DNA from: Haliotis rufescens
Taxonomy: Eukaryota
Reading direction: 5' to 3'
Length of the DNA stretch: 64,000 bases
Assembly (NCBI RefSeq): GCF_023055435.1
Contig: NW_025963846.1
Location: 4,278,001-4,342,000, forward strand
Shown here: positions 62,887 through 64,000 of the stretch, piece by piece
Position numbering within the stretch: position 1 is the first letter of the stretch
Layout: each line of letters starts with the position of its first letter
The notes under the pieces: model-generated
The model's input: only the letters and a program-made list of their open reading frames with translations
The model's database searches: none
Told to the model about the DNA's origin: nothing
Made by a program: the position numbers and the translations under genes

Positions 62887-63992
62887 ATGAGGCTGAGCGT
62901 GATAGTCCTGAGCGTCCTCTGTGTTGCCTGCGCTGCTACCGTGCTGGAGCAGAAGCTTCATGAGTTTGTAAGTGGGCATGTGTTGGATCAACTGCCGCAG
63001 AATGAGAGGATCCTGCTGGCGCAGCTGGTGGCTACAGCTGAAAGAAATGAGCTGAAGGAGTTCCTGGACTTAGTGGGGCCATTACCTGTCTTCCAGCTCA
63101 TCTCAGGTAGGGCCATTACCAGTCTCGCAGCTCATCTTAGACTGTCATAACCAGTCTCGCAGCTCATCTTAGACTGTCATTACCAACTTACAGCTCATCT
63201 CAGTTAGTGTCATTACCAACTTACAGCTCATCTCAGGTAGGGTCATTACCAGTCTCGCAGCTCATCTTAGGCTGTCATTACCAACTTACAGCTCATCTCA
63301 GTTAGGGTCATTACCAGTCTCGCAGCTCATCTTAGACTGTCATTACCAACTTACAGCTCATCTCAGTTAGGGTCATTACCAGTCTCGCAGCTCATCTTAG
63401 ACTGTCATTACCAACTTACAGCTCATCTCAGTTAGGGTCATTACCAACTTACAGCTCATCTCAGTTAGGGTCATTACCAACTTACAACTCATCTGAGTTA
63501 GAGTCATTACCAACTTACACATCATCTCAGTTAGGGCCATTACCAACTTACAACTCATTTCAGTTAGAGTCATTACCAACTTACAACTCATTTCAGTTAG
63601 AGTCATTACCAACTTACAACTCATCTGAGTTAGGGTCATTACCAACTTACAACTCATCTGAGTTAGGGTCATTACCAACTTACAACTCATCTGAGTTAGA
63701 GTCATTACCAACTTACAACTCATCTGAGTTAGGGTCATTACCAACTTACAGCTCATCTCAGTTAGGGTCATTACCAACTTACAACTCATCTCAGTTACCA
63801 TTATCTTGTGGTTCATCTCAAGGTAGGGCCTCTTATTTATGGAGAACGTGTAATATTACCAACTTACAAGGCCTAGTTTATAGTTAAGATATGATCGTTA
63901 TATTTCTACACGATGACTGCATTATTCCATGTTTCGTCTTCACAGATCTGCCAGCAAAGCAAATTCACAACCTGACTCGCTATCTCAGCCAG
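62887..63992 (+). CDS. Secreted helical-domain protein, divergent paralog D (3'-partial)
   Basis: Exons 62887-63106 and 63946-63992 (47 nt), GT-AG, same phases as A-C. MRLSVIVLSVLCVACA|ATVLEQKLHEF...LPQNERILLAQLVATAERNELKEFLDLVGPLPVFQLISDLPAKQIHNLTRYLSQ. Confidence 0.82.
63077..63800 (+). repeat. 33-bp minisatellite starting at the gene D exon/intron junction
   Basis: Unit gtcattaccaacttacagctcatctcagttagg, ~22 copies. Confidence 0.93.
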
Positions 63993-64000
63993 GTAAATGG

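Overview
Eukaryotic, intron-rich, repeat-rich animal DNA. It is most likely molluscan, possibly a gastropod such as abalone; this is inferred only from the SINE/Penelope landscape and is not proven. There are three N gaps. The left end holds a complete 7-exon mitochondrial ATP synthase gamma gene (ATP5F1C, minus strand), with a decayed DIRS tyrosine-recombinase retroelement in one intron. The rest of the window is a cluster of paralogous genes I do not recognise, in alternating orientation: A (-), an orphan exon (-), B (+), C (-) and D (+, runs off the window). A, B and C encode cysteine-free secreted proteins of 213-247 aa. Each has a signal peptide and two copies of an ~80-aa predicted helical domain, separated by a Ser/Thr/Pro linker and a KR|Q dibasic cleavage site; D is seen only as far as its first domain. 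Each domain copy uses the same exon module: a large exon ending in phase 1, a 47-nt exon, then an exon starting His-Leu. B and C are the arms of a ~20-kb inverted duplication with a shared TATA promoter. The region is filled with SINEs, MITEs, Tc1/mariner, an Academ-like element, LINE/Penelope fragments and minisatellites, two of which can be traced to their source sequence. Gene models were built by hand from GT-AG signals and frame continuity, without expression data.
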